A stretch of DNA of 64,000 nucleotides from the human T2T-CHM13v2.0 reference genome, Homo sapiens (GCF_009914755.1 NC_060934.1); one strand, 5' to 3'. Positions 28,129-41,200 are shown, numbered from the stretch's first letter. Program-made: numbers and translations. The notes: generated by a model from the letters alone, not told the origin.

Positions 28129-28757
28129 TGCACGCCCATGTTTATTGCAGCACTATTCACAATAGCCAAGATTTGGAAGCAACCTAAGTGTCCATCAACA
28201 GATAAATGGACAAAGGAAAGGTTGTAAATACACAGTGGAGTACTATTCAGCCATAAAAAAGAATGAGATCCTATCATTTGCAACAACATGGATGGAACTG
28301 GAGATCATTATGTTAAGTGAACTAAACCAGACACAGAAAGACAAACGTCGCATGTTCTCACTTATCTGTGGGAGCTAAAAATTAAAACAATTGAACTCAT
28401 AGAGATAGAGAGTTAGAAGGATGGTTACCAGAGGCTAGGAAGAGTAGGAGAAGAGTCGGGGGTACGTGGGTGTGGTTGATGAGTACAAACAATAGTTAGA
28501 AAGGATGAATAAGATATAGTATTTGCTAGCACAACAGAGTGACTATAGTCAAAAATAATTTTATTGTACATTTTTAAATAATTAAAAGAGTATACTTGGG
28601 TTGTTTGTAACACAACAAATAAATGCTTGAGGTGATGGATACCCCTTTTACCCTGATGAGATTATTATGCATTACATGCCTGTATCAAAATATTACATGT
28701 ACCCCATAAATATATACATCTACTATGTACCCACAAAAATTAAAAATTAAAAAATTA
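28129..28757 (+). mobile_element. 5'-truncated L1MA (L1MA2/3-like)
   Basis: cccatgtttattgcagcactattcacaatagccaagatttggaagcaacc...tgctagcacaacagagtgactatagtc...gtacccacaaaaattaaaaatt; degenerate TSD around tctccag. Confidence 0.92.
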
Positions 28758-28956
28758 ATCTCCAGCTTTGGAGTCAAAAGCTAAAGCCATTTTTTTACAT
28801 TTTAAGATTTGGGGGATGAAAAATACAGCATTATGCTTTTAACAGCCCTTTACAGCTTTACCATTTTTTAACCTTTGTCTCAGCCTTCTTGTGTTTAAGT
28901 ATAAGTGTTCTCTTTATGGAAACCCAAAGCTTCCCTTATTTAAATTTCAAGGATGT

Positions 28957-28998
28957 TGAAACATTGTAATGTTTCATTACAATTAATGAAACATTACA
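28957..28998. repeat. triple alternating inverted repeat
   Basis: tgaaacatt-gt-aatgtttca overlaps a perfect 15-bp hairpin tgtaatgtttcatta-caat-taatgaaacattaca. Confidence 0.9.
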
Positions 28999-29039
28999 TT
29001 AAAATGTAGAGTCTACATCATGTACCTGTTTTCTTTTTT

Positions 29040-29343
29040 TTTCTTTTTTTTTTTTTTTGAGACAGTGTCTCACTCTGTCGCCCAGGCTGGAGTGCAGTGG
29101 CGCCATCTCGGCTCACTGCAAGCTCCTTCCTCCTCCTGGGTTCATGCCATTCTCCTGCCTCAGCCTCCTGAGTAGCTGCAACTATAGGCACCCACCACCA
29201 CGCCTAGCTAATTTTTTGTATTTTTAGTAGAGACGAGGTTTCACCGTGTTAGCCAGGATGGTCTCGATCTCCTGACCTCATGATGTGCCCACCTCGGCCT
29301 CCCAAAGTGCTGGGATTACAGGCGTGAGCCACCGTGCCTGGCC
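29040..29343 (-). mobile_element. AluY
   Basis: caagctcc, gccattctc, accgtgttagccaggatggtctcgatctcc diagnostics; TSD ctgttttctttttt. Confidence 0.95.
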
Positions 29344-30042
29344 CTGTTTTCTTTTTTAAAAAATGTTTTATATTTTTAATTACCCTTTTAACTGAACCTG
29401 TTTTCAATTCATGTGAATATACATAAAGTATAACACTAAAGAGTTAAAGAAAATATCAAAAAACTCTCCCAAGAGGTGTCAACTGAGTAATAACAACCTA
29501 GTTGGAATTAAGCCACTTTGACAAGCTACACTTTCTGAGTGCTTATGTACCAATTGCCTTAACAGACATTTATTTCTTGGTGTGACAGGCTGCTGACCTT
29601 AGATCGTAAGCCCAGCCCTGGGTTTCCCCTTCCAGATAAAACTCTGTTATCAGACCAGAGCTGGCTTGCTCAGACACAGTGCCAGCCTACCTGACCACAC
29701 CCTGCCAACAGCAGCTGCTGAGGAGTAAGACTGAAGTTACCCAAATGCTCGTCCAATGGGCTCACATGTTAAAGACCAAATATTCCCCCCGGATCATGAT
29801 CTCCTCAGTCCTCTCATCTCCGGAAATGGAGCTACCATCCTTTCAGTTGTTCAAACTAAAAAGCTAGGAATCGTGCTTTGATTCATCTCCCCCCAACCAT
29901 GTACATCTAATAATACAGCTAATTCCAACAGCTCCTTCTCCAAAAGATGTCATGACTCTGTGAGCTACCTTCCATCTCTACCGCCATAATCCTGGTCCAC
30001 ACTTCATCACACCTGACCTCAGTTATTGTGATAGCTTTCTGT

Positions 30043-30364
30043 TTTATTTTATTATTTGAATTTTATTATTTTATTTTATATGAGACATGGTCTCACTCTG
30101 CTGCTCTGGCTGGAGTGCAGTGGTGCAATCATAGCTCACTGCAGTCTTGAACTCCTGGGCTCAAGCAATCCTCCTGCCTTAACCTCCTGAGTAGCTGGGA
30201 CTACAGGCACATGCCACCACACTTGGCTTATGTTTTTATTTTTTGTAGCGATGAGGTCTCACTGTGTTGCCCAGGCTGGTCTTGAACTCCTGGCCTCAAG
30301 CAATCCTCCTGCCTTGGCCTTCCGAAGTGCTGAGATTACAGGCATGATCTACCATGCACGGTCC
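30043..30364 (-). mobile_element. AluJ
   Basis: atcatagctcactgcag, gggctcaagcaatcctcc diagnostics; TSD atagctttct. Confidence 0.93.
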
Positions 30365-30882
30365 CATAGCTTTCTCAGTGATCGCCATATTCCCAAACTT
30401 GCACTTTCTAATGGCCGTCAGAATGGTTCTTAGAAACCTATATCAGACCATTTCACGCCTCTGTGTGAAATCTCCTATATCTCTCACTGCAGTAAAATAA
30501 AACCCAAATTCCTTACCTTGGCCTACGAGACTGTTACTTGACCAGACTCTTACATACTTTTCTGACTTGACCTTCATCCCTAAATGCCACGCTCCAGTCA
30601 CTCTGGGCCTTCCTTTTGTTTTCTGAACCCATTCAATTTGTTCCAGCCTTTGTATAAGGTGTCTCCTTTCCCTGGAACACTCCCTCCACCCCCTTGTCTT
30701 CTCAAGGCTGGATATGTTATTCTGATCTCATCTTAAATTACCACTTCCTCAAAGAGGTCCTCTGTGACTCCGCAGTCTAAAGTAGCCCCCACCAATCCGT
30801 CTCTATCCTATTTTAACTTTCAAGAGGATATTTTTCCTCTTTATTTCTTTTTCCTAGCTGTCTCCCACCCAGTGGGAGACAC

Positions 30883-30995
30883 TTTCAATAGCTTGTTAGT
30901 AATCTAATATTTTTTTCTGATTGTAATAGTAGTGCATACTCATTGTAAAGTATTTGGAAAATACAGACGCAATAGTGCTTTGGCTGGGTTAGAGT
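30883..30995 (+). repeat. 113-bp inserted copy of 31708-31821
   Basis: identical except for one substitution (gcttGtt/gcttAtt) and one T in a homopolymer. Confidence 0.95.
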
Positions 30996-31870
30996 CCCAG
31001 AATGTGAACTTTATGAGAGCAGCAATTTTGACATGCAGTTTTCTGCTATATCCCCAGCACCTGGAACAGTGCTTGGCAAGTGAAAGGTGTTCCATAAATA
31101 GTCAGTGCATGAATAAAGTTTTCTCTTGGTGGGGTTGATTTCTGAGTTGGTTCCATCATGGGTTGGTTATCTTTATCTTCCACTCTAGACTGTCTTCCTT
31201 CCTGTCCACTCATCTGATAATCTACATGCCCCATTCATCACTAGGGAACCCGTCACAGGAAGGGAGTGGGTGAACTAGCATAAGTGGAATAGCTAAATTG
31301 AGAAGACTCCAAAACTTATGCCTTGCTGCATACAAATTGTTAGCAATATCCTTTTGCTTATTAGAATATTCTGAATTAATATATAGATGTTCTAACACAA
31401 ATTCATCTCTTTTAGCGCTTTGCTATCTCTAAAATAGAGAGGGAAGAAGCATTGTTCTATTTCTCACTGAAAAAAGAGTATTACAGAAATGATTTTAGAA
31501 GTTTTAAAAGTGCTATTGAAATGCTATTTTAAATACAGAAATGCTATTTTAAACATGGAGAATTAAAGTCCGAGCCATATCATCTAGCAATCTAACAAAA
31601 GGAAACGTAACTTTGGGCTTTGAAACCAGACTATGAACAGAGGCTAGTTCTCTATTTTAAGCAGTGTCTTCCATGAGTGGGTATTTTTATATTGCTATCT
31701 CCCCCAGTTTCAATAGCTTATTAGTAATCTAATATTTTTTTTCTGATTGTAATAGTAGTGCATACTCATTGTAAAGTATTTGGAAAATACAGACGCAATA
31801 GTGCTTTGGCTGGGTTAGAGTTTAAGGGTGTGTGTTAAAGCCCGGTAGAGGAACATGTGGTGTGAGACAA

Positions 31871-31888
31871 CACTGCCCCCTAGAGGTC
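31871..31888 (-). promoter_or_regulatory. CTCF core motif
   Basis: reverse complement GACCTCTAGGGGGCAGTG fits the CTCF core (CCASYAGRKGGCRS, with T at position 3); followed by a CpG-rich patch at 31895-31980. Confidence 0.6.
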
Positions 31889-34800
31889 CTTGTGTGCCGC
31901 GGACTGACCGGGCCACCCAACCTCCGGAGACGTCCCACCGCTTCGAGAAGGCTCCTGGACAACGAAGCGCGTCCGGTGATTTCAAGGTGGGGCTAGGAGT
32001 CTTGTGAGAGGAAACTCGGTCCTGACCCTATGTGAGTGCTGAAATTCATAGAACTGTGTAGACAAAGGTCAATTTTATTGCATGCTAATTTAAAAACATT
32101 TAAAAATAAAATAAGCTTTAAATGCCTTTAAGACATAATTTAAAATAACTTTAGAAAAATTCCAGTGAGAGACTCATCCCATAATTTAGCCACTCCTTCT
32201 GATGCTAGACTGCTGCACTGTTCCTATCTCTGTATAAATAAACCTGTATTGGAAACTCTGGGGGCATAAATCTTTGTACATATTTAAGATTTTAAAAATT
32301 AGGATACAGCTCAGAAGTGGAATTATGGAGAAGATGAGTATAAATGTTTTTTAGAACTCTTGATATCTGCTGCCAAGTTGCTTTCCCTTCAAGGTCGTGT
32401 CAATTGCCGCTCCCACCAGCAGTGACTGAGATTAAATGGTTTGGGTATTATTGAGTACATGAAATTAGAAGACATATTCAGGGTTGGTTGGGGAATTGCC
32501 TCCTGGTTGAGGTGGGGTGGCGGAGAAGTAGGAGAGAAACGGAGGTGGGTGCGTGTGTAAACCAGGAGAGAAATAGGCCTTCACGCCTGAGGGTTATCTG
32601 CTTCAGGTTTTTGTGCTTCCCCAATAACTCCTATTTTGCTCCTTACCACTTTCTTTAGGATTGATTTTTATTTTCTTATTTCTTCTTCACCCTCTCTTCT
32701 GGCTGTAGTGTAGGAGCAAAGTTAGGCTACCAAAGCAGCAATACTATCCTATGTAATCAACCAAGCAACGTTTTTAAAACACCAATCATATGAAAGGCAC
32801 TGTGCAAGCCACCCCTGCCCTCAGAATTTACAGTGCAACAGGGAAAGGTGAGGTTAGTGTGACTTCCCTGCCCAACACCACCTTTCTCCCTCCTAAGTTG
32901 CTAATGGTAATGATGAAAATAATGTCATCATCAGGTATTATTTAGCTATTGGAAGAAACCACTCAGTGTCGAGTTCATCAAGGAATCCGTCACAGATGTG
33001 AAATCAAGCCAGGCCTAGCAAGGATGAGTGCATTTAATTGAATGCATTTCAGGTAGAGAAATGCCATGTGCAGAAGTGACGGCCTTTGGTAAGGAGTATG
33101 GGACTGTGACTATTTCCCCTTGATGACCTTGCATGAAAATAAACAAACAGCATTTGAAAAATCTCCTCTCCTGAGGTGACTAGAAGGTGACTCAACAGTC
33201 CATTTCCATGCATCAGCTTGCTGGAGGAAATGGAAAGGCCTATTCCCCAAAGCAGTGTTTGTCTCACAGAAATAGAGATATTATGTGTCATAAATTGGGA
33301 AAACTTGTGAAATGAAACATCTGTTCTGCATGCTTAAGCACCAAGGCACTTGCAAAATACGAATTTTTACTCCATATTCCAAATGCTGTGATGATGAGCT
33401 GAGAATGAGTTTGGAAGGTTCATCTCTTTCCAATAAAAAGGTTCATCATGCCTCTCTGACTTTTATAATTATTTTGGAACATTTTAGATAGGAAATTGAA
33501 AGAGGAGGGAAAGAATGATGACAGAACTGAAGAAGAATTGATGAAAGGGTCAAAAAGCTAAAGAACTTTGAGAAATGGATTTTATGTGCAGTCAACAATG
33601 CCTTCAGCTAATTTAACCAAATCAACAAAGCCATTAAAATGTATAATGATTTTTATTTTGCTACAAATCTATGTAGAATGAAAGATACCTTGTGAAATGC
33701 AAAATCTTCCATATTTGGGATCTAAGCACCTGCATAGATGTTTGAGAAAACGGAAGGTGGCTATTCTTTTATTGAATGCTTTTAGAACATAATGCTACTC
33801 CCCCCTGCTCACTCCACCGCAATAAACACTTTATTCACTCTGGATGCCCTCAATTTCCCCTACCAGCTAGGAGCTGTGTATCACTCTCCAATGTACTGTT
33901 GATTTTCAATCTAGACCAGTCTCCAAGGTTACTCTTGACTTTAAAATACACAACACCAATTTGCAGGTTCCACCAGATATCCAGGTGTGAAATTTTCTGA
34001 GGCCAATTTAAAGAACAGACTGTCTTTTTTTCTTACCATGGTGCTGCATATTATTGGTGCTAATGCTACACCTAAGGGATTTCAAAGCTCATTTCCAAAC
34101 ATCATCTCATTTGAACTTAACCAGAATTGGGAGATGGACTGTGCAATTATTTTTACCCAGCATTCCAAAAGGGGAAAAATAAGCATCTGAAAATGACTTC
34201 CCCAAGGTCACACAAAGAACCAAGACAAGACACTACGTTTCCTAACTCCTATTACTCTGTTTTCTATTGTATTATATACTTTATGCTTGAACATAACCAG
34301 GCAAGTCATTTTCCTTGAAAACTCTCAGGAGAAATGTTCTCTAGTCCCAATCCCTTGTCTAATTTCTACTTAAACCTATATCCTCCCCCATTTCTCCTTC
34401 TCGGTAGGCATGGGGGATCCCACACTGCAGATCCCACATGCCTATCAGGAGAGTAGTGACCTTATAGAGTCCCACATGGCAGTGTAAAGCAGTGAGAGTC
34501 ACCTCTTGGGTCCACGGTGGACTGATCCAACCATGTGGGCAGTGGTCAGAGGGGAGTTTTTAACCAGCAGTGGACCAGAATGGGTCACATCAGCAAGGTT
34601 GGTGCTGCAGCAAAGTGGCCATTGGGATGATAAAGGGATAGTGATGCTCACGTCCCAGTGTGGATGGTGGGAGAGCATGCATGTTGCTTTCTGTGATAGT
34701 ATCCATCATGGTACATGAGGGCACAGTCGTTTCTCCTAACTCTGGAATACCAGGTTTCCTCCTCGACTCTCTCAGGATTCTCAGGTAAGAGAGGAGAGGC

Positions 34801-35156
34801 ATGTGTGAGGGATAGGAGGAAGCCGAAAGGAAAACGAATGGGCAGAGATGACATAAAAGGCATATTTAATGAGGGATTGCCAGGGCAAAAGAAATAGATC
34901 CCCCTTTCTTTGACATAATTTTCAAATAATCATTTGTATCAAACAGCATTTCCCCCTTGGGGATTTTGAGGGACAGGTAAGGCCACCACCCCAGTGCCTG
35001 AGTTTATACTTATAGATACCTGCCTAAGACACTGGATGTGTCTTGGAGGGGGACTGTGGTCCTGCATTAGGTAGGTCGGTGCTAATGAGCTAATGAACTT
35101 TGGTTCAAATTGTAGAAGTAAACTGACCACTGTTCCCCGAAGTTGATACGGCCTGG

Positions 35157-35302
35157 GTGATACTTCTCAGACTTTCGAGTGCCTAAGAATCACCTGAAGA
35201 TTCCGATTCAGTGGGTTTTAGGGTGGAGCCTAAAATCTTGCATTTCCAACAAGCTCCTGGTGATGCTATGATGCTAGTCCGTAGACTAGCTAAGTAGCAA
35301 GG
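35157..35302 (+). mobile_element. MER5B-like
   Basis: ttctcagacttt...gaatcacctg...tgcatttccaacaagctcctggtgatgct...agtagcaagg. Confidence 0.75.
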
Positions 35303-36526
35303 AGCCAGGGACATTCAGATTACACTATGTATGTGGTTTTGCACCCTGATTTTTTTTTTCCTTTTAACCTCTTAAAACTTTTTGCTTAACATTTTACATA
35401 AATGTTTTCCCTATGATATTAATTATTCTTTAGACTCATCGTTTTTAATAAATGTGCTATTTAGTTACTTGGATGTGTAGTGATATATTTGATCAACTAC
35501 CTTTTGTTTGAAATCTAAAATGCTTCCTGTTTTTACCTGTCATAAATCATGATGTCATGAGCATCCCTATTTATAAATCTTTGTTGGCTTCTCTGCACCA
35601 AAACTGGCAAGCAGGACAGAGCATTCCATTAGGGAAAAAAAGAAAGAGAGAGAGAGAGAGAGAGACAGAAAAGTATATAAAAGAAGTTGAAAATACTGTT
35701 TTAAAACAAATATTGACTGATCTCTAATGTCCACATCCAAGGCACTTGATGACAGGAATTATAGAATATTCAGAAAAATAGAGTTTTTCTTTCACTTCTG
35801 CTATAACGTGTACTTGGAAACTACACCATAAAGTATAAAGCTCGAAAGTGGCTGGAATTTCTGCATACGATGTATTGTAATTACAGATTGCGCTCCAAGA
35901 TTTGTTATAAACTTTGTGAAGGGAAAAAAACACAAGCTGTGTTTTGTATATTAAACATTAAAATTGTAGGCTATATCGTATGCAATGGAAGGAAAATATG
36001 CCACATACATTGAATTTTTAAAAACTACCATACCATAATTTTGCATAAAAACTAATAAACAAATTGTATTAAGTGGGAAATAGTTAATAATTTGGCCTCT
36101 CTGGTTTGCTGCTGTGTCGCCAGGTCCTGGCTCCCATTAAGATGACATCTAGCCTATAGGCCATTGAATAGAAAAAAGACATTCCTTCCTCAAGCACTTA
36201 ACTTCCATTCAGCCAAAGCTTATGTGTATTGATTTTGTTGCAAGACACGGTACTGCCGTCTGCTAGAAAATGGTGTAGCAATAAAATCCAAATGTAAAAT
36301 TTCTACATTGTGAATAGTACTTCCCAGATGTGGTGCACAGTCTGCACAAGCATAGGCACTGGCCCTACATCTAAATAGATTTTTCTGGAATGAAAGAATG
36401 AATGTATTCTATTGATCCTGGTTATGCTTTGAAGCTGTAATCTGTCAGTACCCTCTGTGGTCACTAGATAGGAAGTTGGAGAATATTCAGAGTGATAAAG
36501 AGAAGGGTAATGGGAAAGTCTAAATG

Positions 36527-36868
36527 AGTGCTTCTCAAATTTTAATGGGCGTATGAATCACCCAGGAATCTTGTTAAAATGCAAATTATAATTTGGATGT
36601 GGGGCCTGGGATTCTGCATTTCTCACAAGCTCCCAGTTCACTTATCATCTGATAAGAATGCTGTTGGTCCATAGGCCACACTTCGAGTAGAAAGACTCTA
36701 AAACAACAGTCAATCTTGGCTTCTTGCTAAGTAAATGTTTTTTAGTAAAAATTGTCACTCTTAGTTCATTGAAATTGATTCAGTATTCTATTAATTTCTG
36801 TGTTGAATCTTGGAATGGAAAGAAACTTCCAGGTGATTCTAATGTGCAGCCAAGGTTGAGAACCACTG
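36527..36868 (+). mobile_element. MER5B (36527-36695) and MER5A end fragment (36823-36868)
   Basis: gtgcttctcaaattttaatg...gaatcacccagg...cttgttaaaatgca; ccaggtgattctaatgtgcagccaaggttgagaaccactg. Confidence 0.8.
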
Positions 36869-37037
36869 GTCTAGTGAAAAGTCATGCATCCAAAGCACCT
36901 AAATGTAGGGACTACGTGTAAAAGGCATTCACAAATGAAAAACATCAAATAATTGTGATTTTACATTTTAAAAAAAGAATTATTCTTCGTCTGAATATAT
37001 TTATCACCACATGAATGATATACATTACTAAGTATTG

Positions 37038-37136
37038 CAGGCGTGTCCAACCTTTTGGCTGCACTGGGCCACATTGGAAGAAGAATTGTCTTGGGCCACA
37101 CATAAAATACACTAACACTAACAATAGCTGATGACC

Positions 37137-37167
<31 letters not shown>

Positions 37168-37245
37168 TCCATGCATAGTTTTCATGATATCCACCACCAC
37201 AGATAAGCAAAATAGTCCTTGCATTGAAAAGGTTGGACACAGCTG
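37038..37245 (+). mobile_element. MER30-type hAT MITE with an expanded internal A-run
   Basis: TIRs caggcgtgtccaaccttt / aaaggttggacacagctg; ctgggccacattggaagaagaattgtcttgggccacacataaaatacac. Confidence 0.88.
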
Positions 37246-37841
37246 GAAGGAGTTTAGAGGCCGGAAGAGCTCTATAGGCAGAAATACTTTGGGAATGAAA
37301 GTAATGGGAGGACATAGGACAAGACGCTGCCCTCCCGGTATCTCAGGTGTGGCATGAGCATACGTGACAGGGGCAGTGAGCACCTGGGCTAAGGATAGCT
37401 ATTCTACTCCTCCGGCATTGTTCTTCTTACAGAGTTGAGAGCTCCTCTGCACTTTGTGTATGCCATCGGCCAGCTGATAGTACTTTGCAACTCTGATCAA
37501 TCAACATGCTTGCAGATTGTTACAATCTTGCCGTTTTCCCATCCACGATAATCGCATGGCTGTATCTTAATGCCAGTTTACTGAGTTGTATTGCTAGGGG
37601 CTTTCTAATTCCCAGTAAAGATTTTTAAATCCCTCAGCCATTTTCTTACTTAAAACCATTAAAGGTAGCTTTAGGTATGTTGAGGAATGTGTGTGGATGA
37701 TACAGCATTTCTCTTCTGCCTGGAATAGTTGTCTTCCCTATTGCCGCTGCATTCCCTCATCTACTCTCCATCTCATTTTAACAAAGGATTGGTATTTTAG
37801 AAAGAACTCAGATTCTCTTTGGGGAAGCGAGCGCCACCACT

Positions 37842-38667
37842 TGTAAGGTGATTTTTAAAGATATATTCACAAGTTATTTGATGCTTCTCTCCCAAAGAGA
37901 TGGAGCTACATTCCCCTTTTCTTAGTGTGGGCTGGACATAAGGACTCAGATAGATCTGGCAGAAAGGATGAAATGTCACTTTTGAGATTAGGTTATTGAA
38001 AGACTGTGGCTTCTGTCTTGGGAGGTGCGTGCTCACTTTTTCACTCTTAAACTCCTCACTCGGAGAAGCCAGCTGCCATGCCGTGAGGCAGCCTGTGGAG
38101 AGGCCCACGTAGTGAGGAACTGAGGACTGCTGGCAGCCGTGGCAGTGAGTGCAGAAGCAAATCCTTCCCCAGTTGAGGCTGCAGATGACTACAGCCCTGG
38201 CAAACACCTTGACTGAAGTCTTGTAAGAGATTCTGAGGCAGAACCACCCAGCTAAGAAGCTCCTGGACTCCTGACTCACAGAAACTGTGAGATGACATTT
38301 GTTTTTTAAAAAAATTGGTAAGCTTGGCTGGGCGCGGTGGCTCACGCCTGTAATCCCAGCACTTTGGGAGGCCAAGGCGGGTGGATCACGAGGTCAGGAG
38401 ATCAAGACCATCCTGGATAACATGGTGAAACCCCATCTCTACTAAAAATACAAAAAATTAGCTGGGCGTGGTGGCGGGCACCTGTAGTCCCAGCTACTCG
38501 GGAGGCTGAGGCAGGAGAATGGTGTGAACCTGGGAGGCGGAGCTTGCAGTGAGCCGAGATCACACCACTGTGCTCCAGCCTGGGCGACAGAGCGAGACTC
38601 CGTCTCAAAAAAAAAAAAAATTGGTAAGCTTGGGGGTAATTTGTAATATAGCAATCATCAACTGACA
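37842..38667 (+). mobile_element. MaLR LTR (MLT1F-like) interrupted by AluY
   Basis: gagaagccagctgccatg...gagaggcccacgtagtgaggaactgagg...cccagctaagaagctcctggactcctgactcacagaaactgtgagat. Confidence 0.85.
38326..38613 (+). mobile_element. AluY
   Basis: AluY diagnostics; perfect TSD aaaaaaattggtaagctt. Confidence 0.96.
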
Positions 38668-38813
38668 GAACTTGCCTGAAACAAAATATTTTTTTCAGCA
38701 AAGAACCTGCTATTCTAAGCTTGCTGAAACTGGCTCTGTATTGAAAACTAGAATGGAAAGGAATGTTTAGTGTCAGGGTAAATTCATGAATCAGTGGACC
38801 CAACAGAAATGCA

Positions 38814-38851
38814 GTGTGTGTGTGCGTGTGTGCGTGTGTGTGTGTGTGTGT
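38814..38851. repeat. (TG)n microsatellite
   Basis: direct reading of the sequence. Confidence 0.95.
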
Positions 38852-39069
38852 AAAATACATCTCACTTCTTTGGAAGTGAAAGATGAATTTTTGGAAGAAC
38901 AAAACTACAATCAGTTCTTTGTTGTCATTGAAATCATTTGATAATCCGAAGCATGCACGCACACTCCCAAAAGAGTAGAAGATGGTAGCTCACAAGACAA
39001 GGAAGACTGGTAAAGCTACTGAGGTCTGTGGGAGCTGCCCTGTAAGTCAGAAGTGCCCACAAGTTGGAG

Positions 39070-39500
39070 CCATTAGGTTTTAAATGACAGAAACCCAATT
39101 CAAGCTAGTAAGCAAAAAGAGAATTTATTGTCTTACACATCTGGGAAGTCCGGGGCTACAACAAACTTCGGTACTCCTGTTTACGGAGTTCTCTGTCTCC
39201 CTCATCATCTCTGGCCCTGCCTCCCTGTTTCTTTCCTCAACTTCTCCTGTGAGAAATCACTTTCTTTGGCCACCAGTAGCCCAGCTTCTCATCCTGAGTT
39301 TGCCTGCTCCATGGCAAAAAGTGCCTTTCTCCTAACAACAATTAATCCAACCCTAGGAACATTCTGATTGCCTGGCTTGGGTTGTAAGCCTTTGGCAAGG
39401 GGAAGGTGGTGAAGATGTTGTGATTGACAGGTTTGCCTGGACCACATGGAAAGAGAGGGAGTGATTACCCAAGGAACCCAAGAGGAGGGTGGGTGAGAGG
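39070..39500 (-). mobile_element. old MaLR LTR (MLT1 family) fragment
   Basis: tgacagaaacccaattcaagc...aagcaaaaagagaatttattg terminus. Confidence 0.55.
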
Positions 39501-40225
39501 GCTGTTAAACAAAAATATAATCACCGAAGCTCCCTACAACCTGGAGGCTTGATGAGAATAAGCCATGACACATGGTTGCTGTCGTATGGTTGCTGTTCTA
39601 AACACATGGTTGCTATTCTTATGGTGCTTCAGTGAGATGCAACTAGAGGCTCAGGTTATAGGCTGAGTTAAGCCAGGAATGGGGTTTTCTTCTAGAAACT
39701 TCTGGAACTGAAAAGTTAAATTACTAGGAAGTCGCTGGAGAGGTTAGCTGGCCCTCCATGTCTATTCTACTTAAAGCTGTTCGACTTATAAGTATGAGAA
39801 TTTAATTCTTCTCCACTCAGCAAGAGAGAAGAATGAGGTGTCTTTGCCTTTATATTTCTAAGAGAACTCATTTAGAGTTTTAAAACACAGGGAGATTAAG
39901 GATGTAGGAATGTGTGGAGGTGGTAGACATCTGCTGAATTTTTTTCATAAGAGAGTTTGAGTTGAGATTCTGACATATGCAGCCAAGAGATCCTAATAAA
40001 GCTGGTTCTAAAGAGATCCAGATTTTCATATTAGAACTATAATAAATGAGATTTATGTGCTTTTATGAAACTTTACGTTAGCAATTAAAGTATTTTGCAC
40101 TGGAGGATCAGTTCAAGGGCAAATCTATGCAAAAATGTTCCAACTGAAACCTTTGTATTCAGAATCACAGTGTGTTAGAACTGAAAGAGGCCTGAAAGAT
40201 CCTATTTGTTTTTTAAGTAAAAAGA

Positions 40226-40740
40226 AACATCTTTTCATATGTTTAATGGTTATTTGTATTTCTTCTTTTGTGAATTGCCTTTTAAAATTATTTCTCATTT
40301 TTCTGTTGGAACATTAATTTGCAAATTATTTGTAAGTGTTTTTATATGCATAATATAAACATATTATTTGTCATATACTGTATGCATCTTTCCTTTTTCC
40401 ATGTTATAGTGCTGCTTTCTATATATCCATGAAGTTTTAAGTTTTTTGTAAGTTGATTTATCTCTTTGTAGATTATATCTTAGTGTTTATAACTAGTCAA
40501 AAGACTTCCCAATACCCAAATACACTAAATAGCCACATATTTTATTTTGCAATTTTTAAAATTTTATTGAATTTTAAGGATCTGTCTTTAATTTAATTAT
40601 ATATAAATCTTTAACAAATCTGAAATTTAATTTGTGAAGTAGGCATCTAATTTTATTTTTTCCCAAATGGTTAGCCAAATATTGCTGTACCATTTATTAA
40701 GTAATCTAGTTTTTCCCTATTCAACTGAAATGCCACACTG
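40226..40740 (-). mobile_element. old L1M fragment
   Basis: aacatcttttcatatgtttaatggttatttgtatttcttcttttgtgaattgcc...agccaaatattgctgtaccatttattaa. Confidence 0.75.
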
Positions 40741-41200
40741 ACTTAATGTTTTATTTGTTTATTTGAGGCGGCAGAACTTCTCAAAACATTTATTAACAGA
40801 GAACAATGTTTCATGTAATTAGCATTTGACTTAATAGCTCAATTTGAAGAATGGAAAAAATAAAGGGAAATGATAGATTTCAGTACTACGAACAACATTT
40901 GTTGGGACTTTTGAAGGTAGATAAATTGGAAGAAAAAGTATTATGTTGCTTTATTTTAAAAATAGAAGCTAGCAATTTTTAGCTGCATTTGAGGACTTTA
41001 TTTTCTTTTTGCATTTTCTTCCCTGTGGTCTACAGATTTCCTAGCAGACTTAACATCTGGCATTGGGGAATCCTTAAACCCAAGGAAGGAACTGCTGGCA
41101 GGAAATTTTCTGTGGATGTTAGGATTGGGAAAAGGGGAGATGAAATAAGGGATGTGCTTCCTTAAGATTATAAACTCTATCCACAAAGCCCCTGTCTGGA

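Larger units (their letters stand above)
29790..31115 (+). mobile_element. L2, interrupted by an AluJ and a 113-bp templated insertion
   Basis: C-rich L2 body and tail ...atccccagcacctggaacagtgcttggca...ataaata...atgaataaa. Confidence 0.8.

Noticed and set aside
37433-37674. Candidate exon (plus-strand acceptor ttcttcttacag; overlapping minus-strand donor gtaaga)
   Set aside because: Partner splice sites are ambiguous, and the minus-strand frames I translated contain stops with no recognised product.
37797-38962. Longest ORFs (192 aa and 186 aa) as genes
   Set aside because: They read through antisense AluY, MLT1 LTR and a (TG)n tract and give typical Alu-derived peptides.
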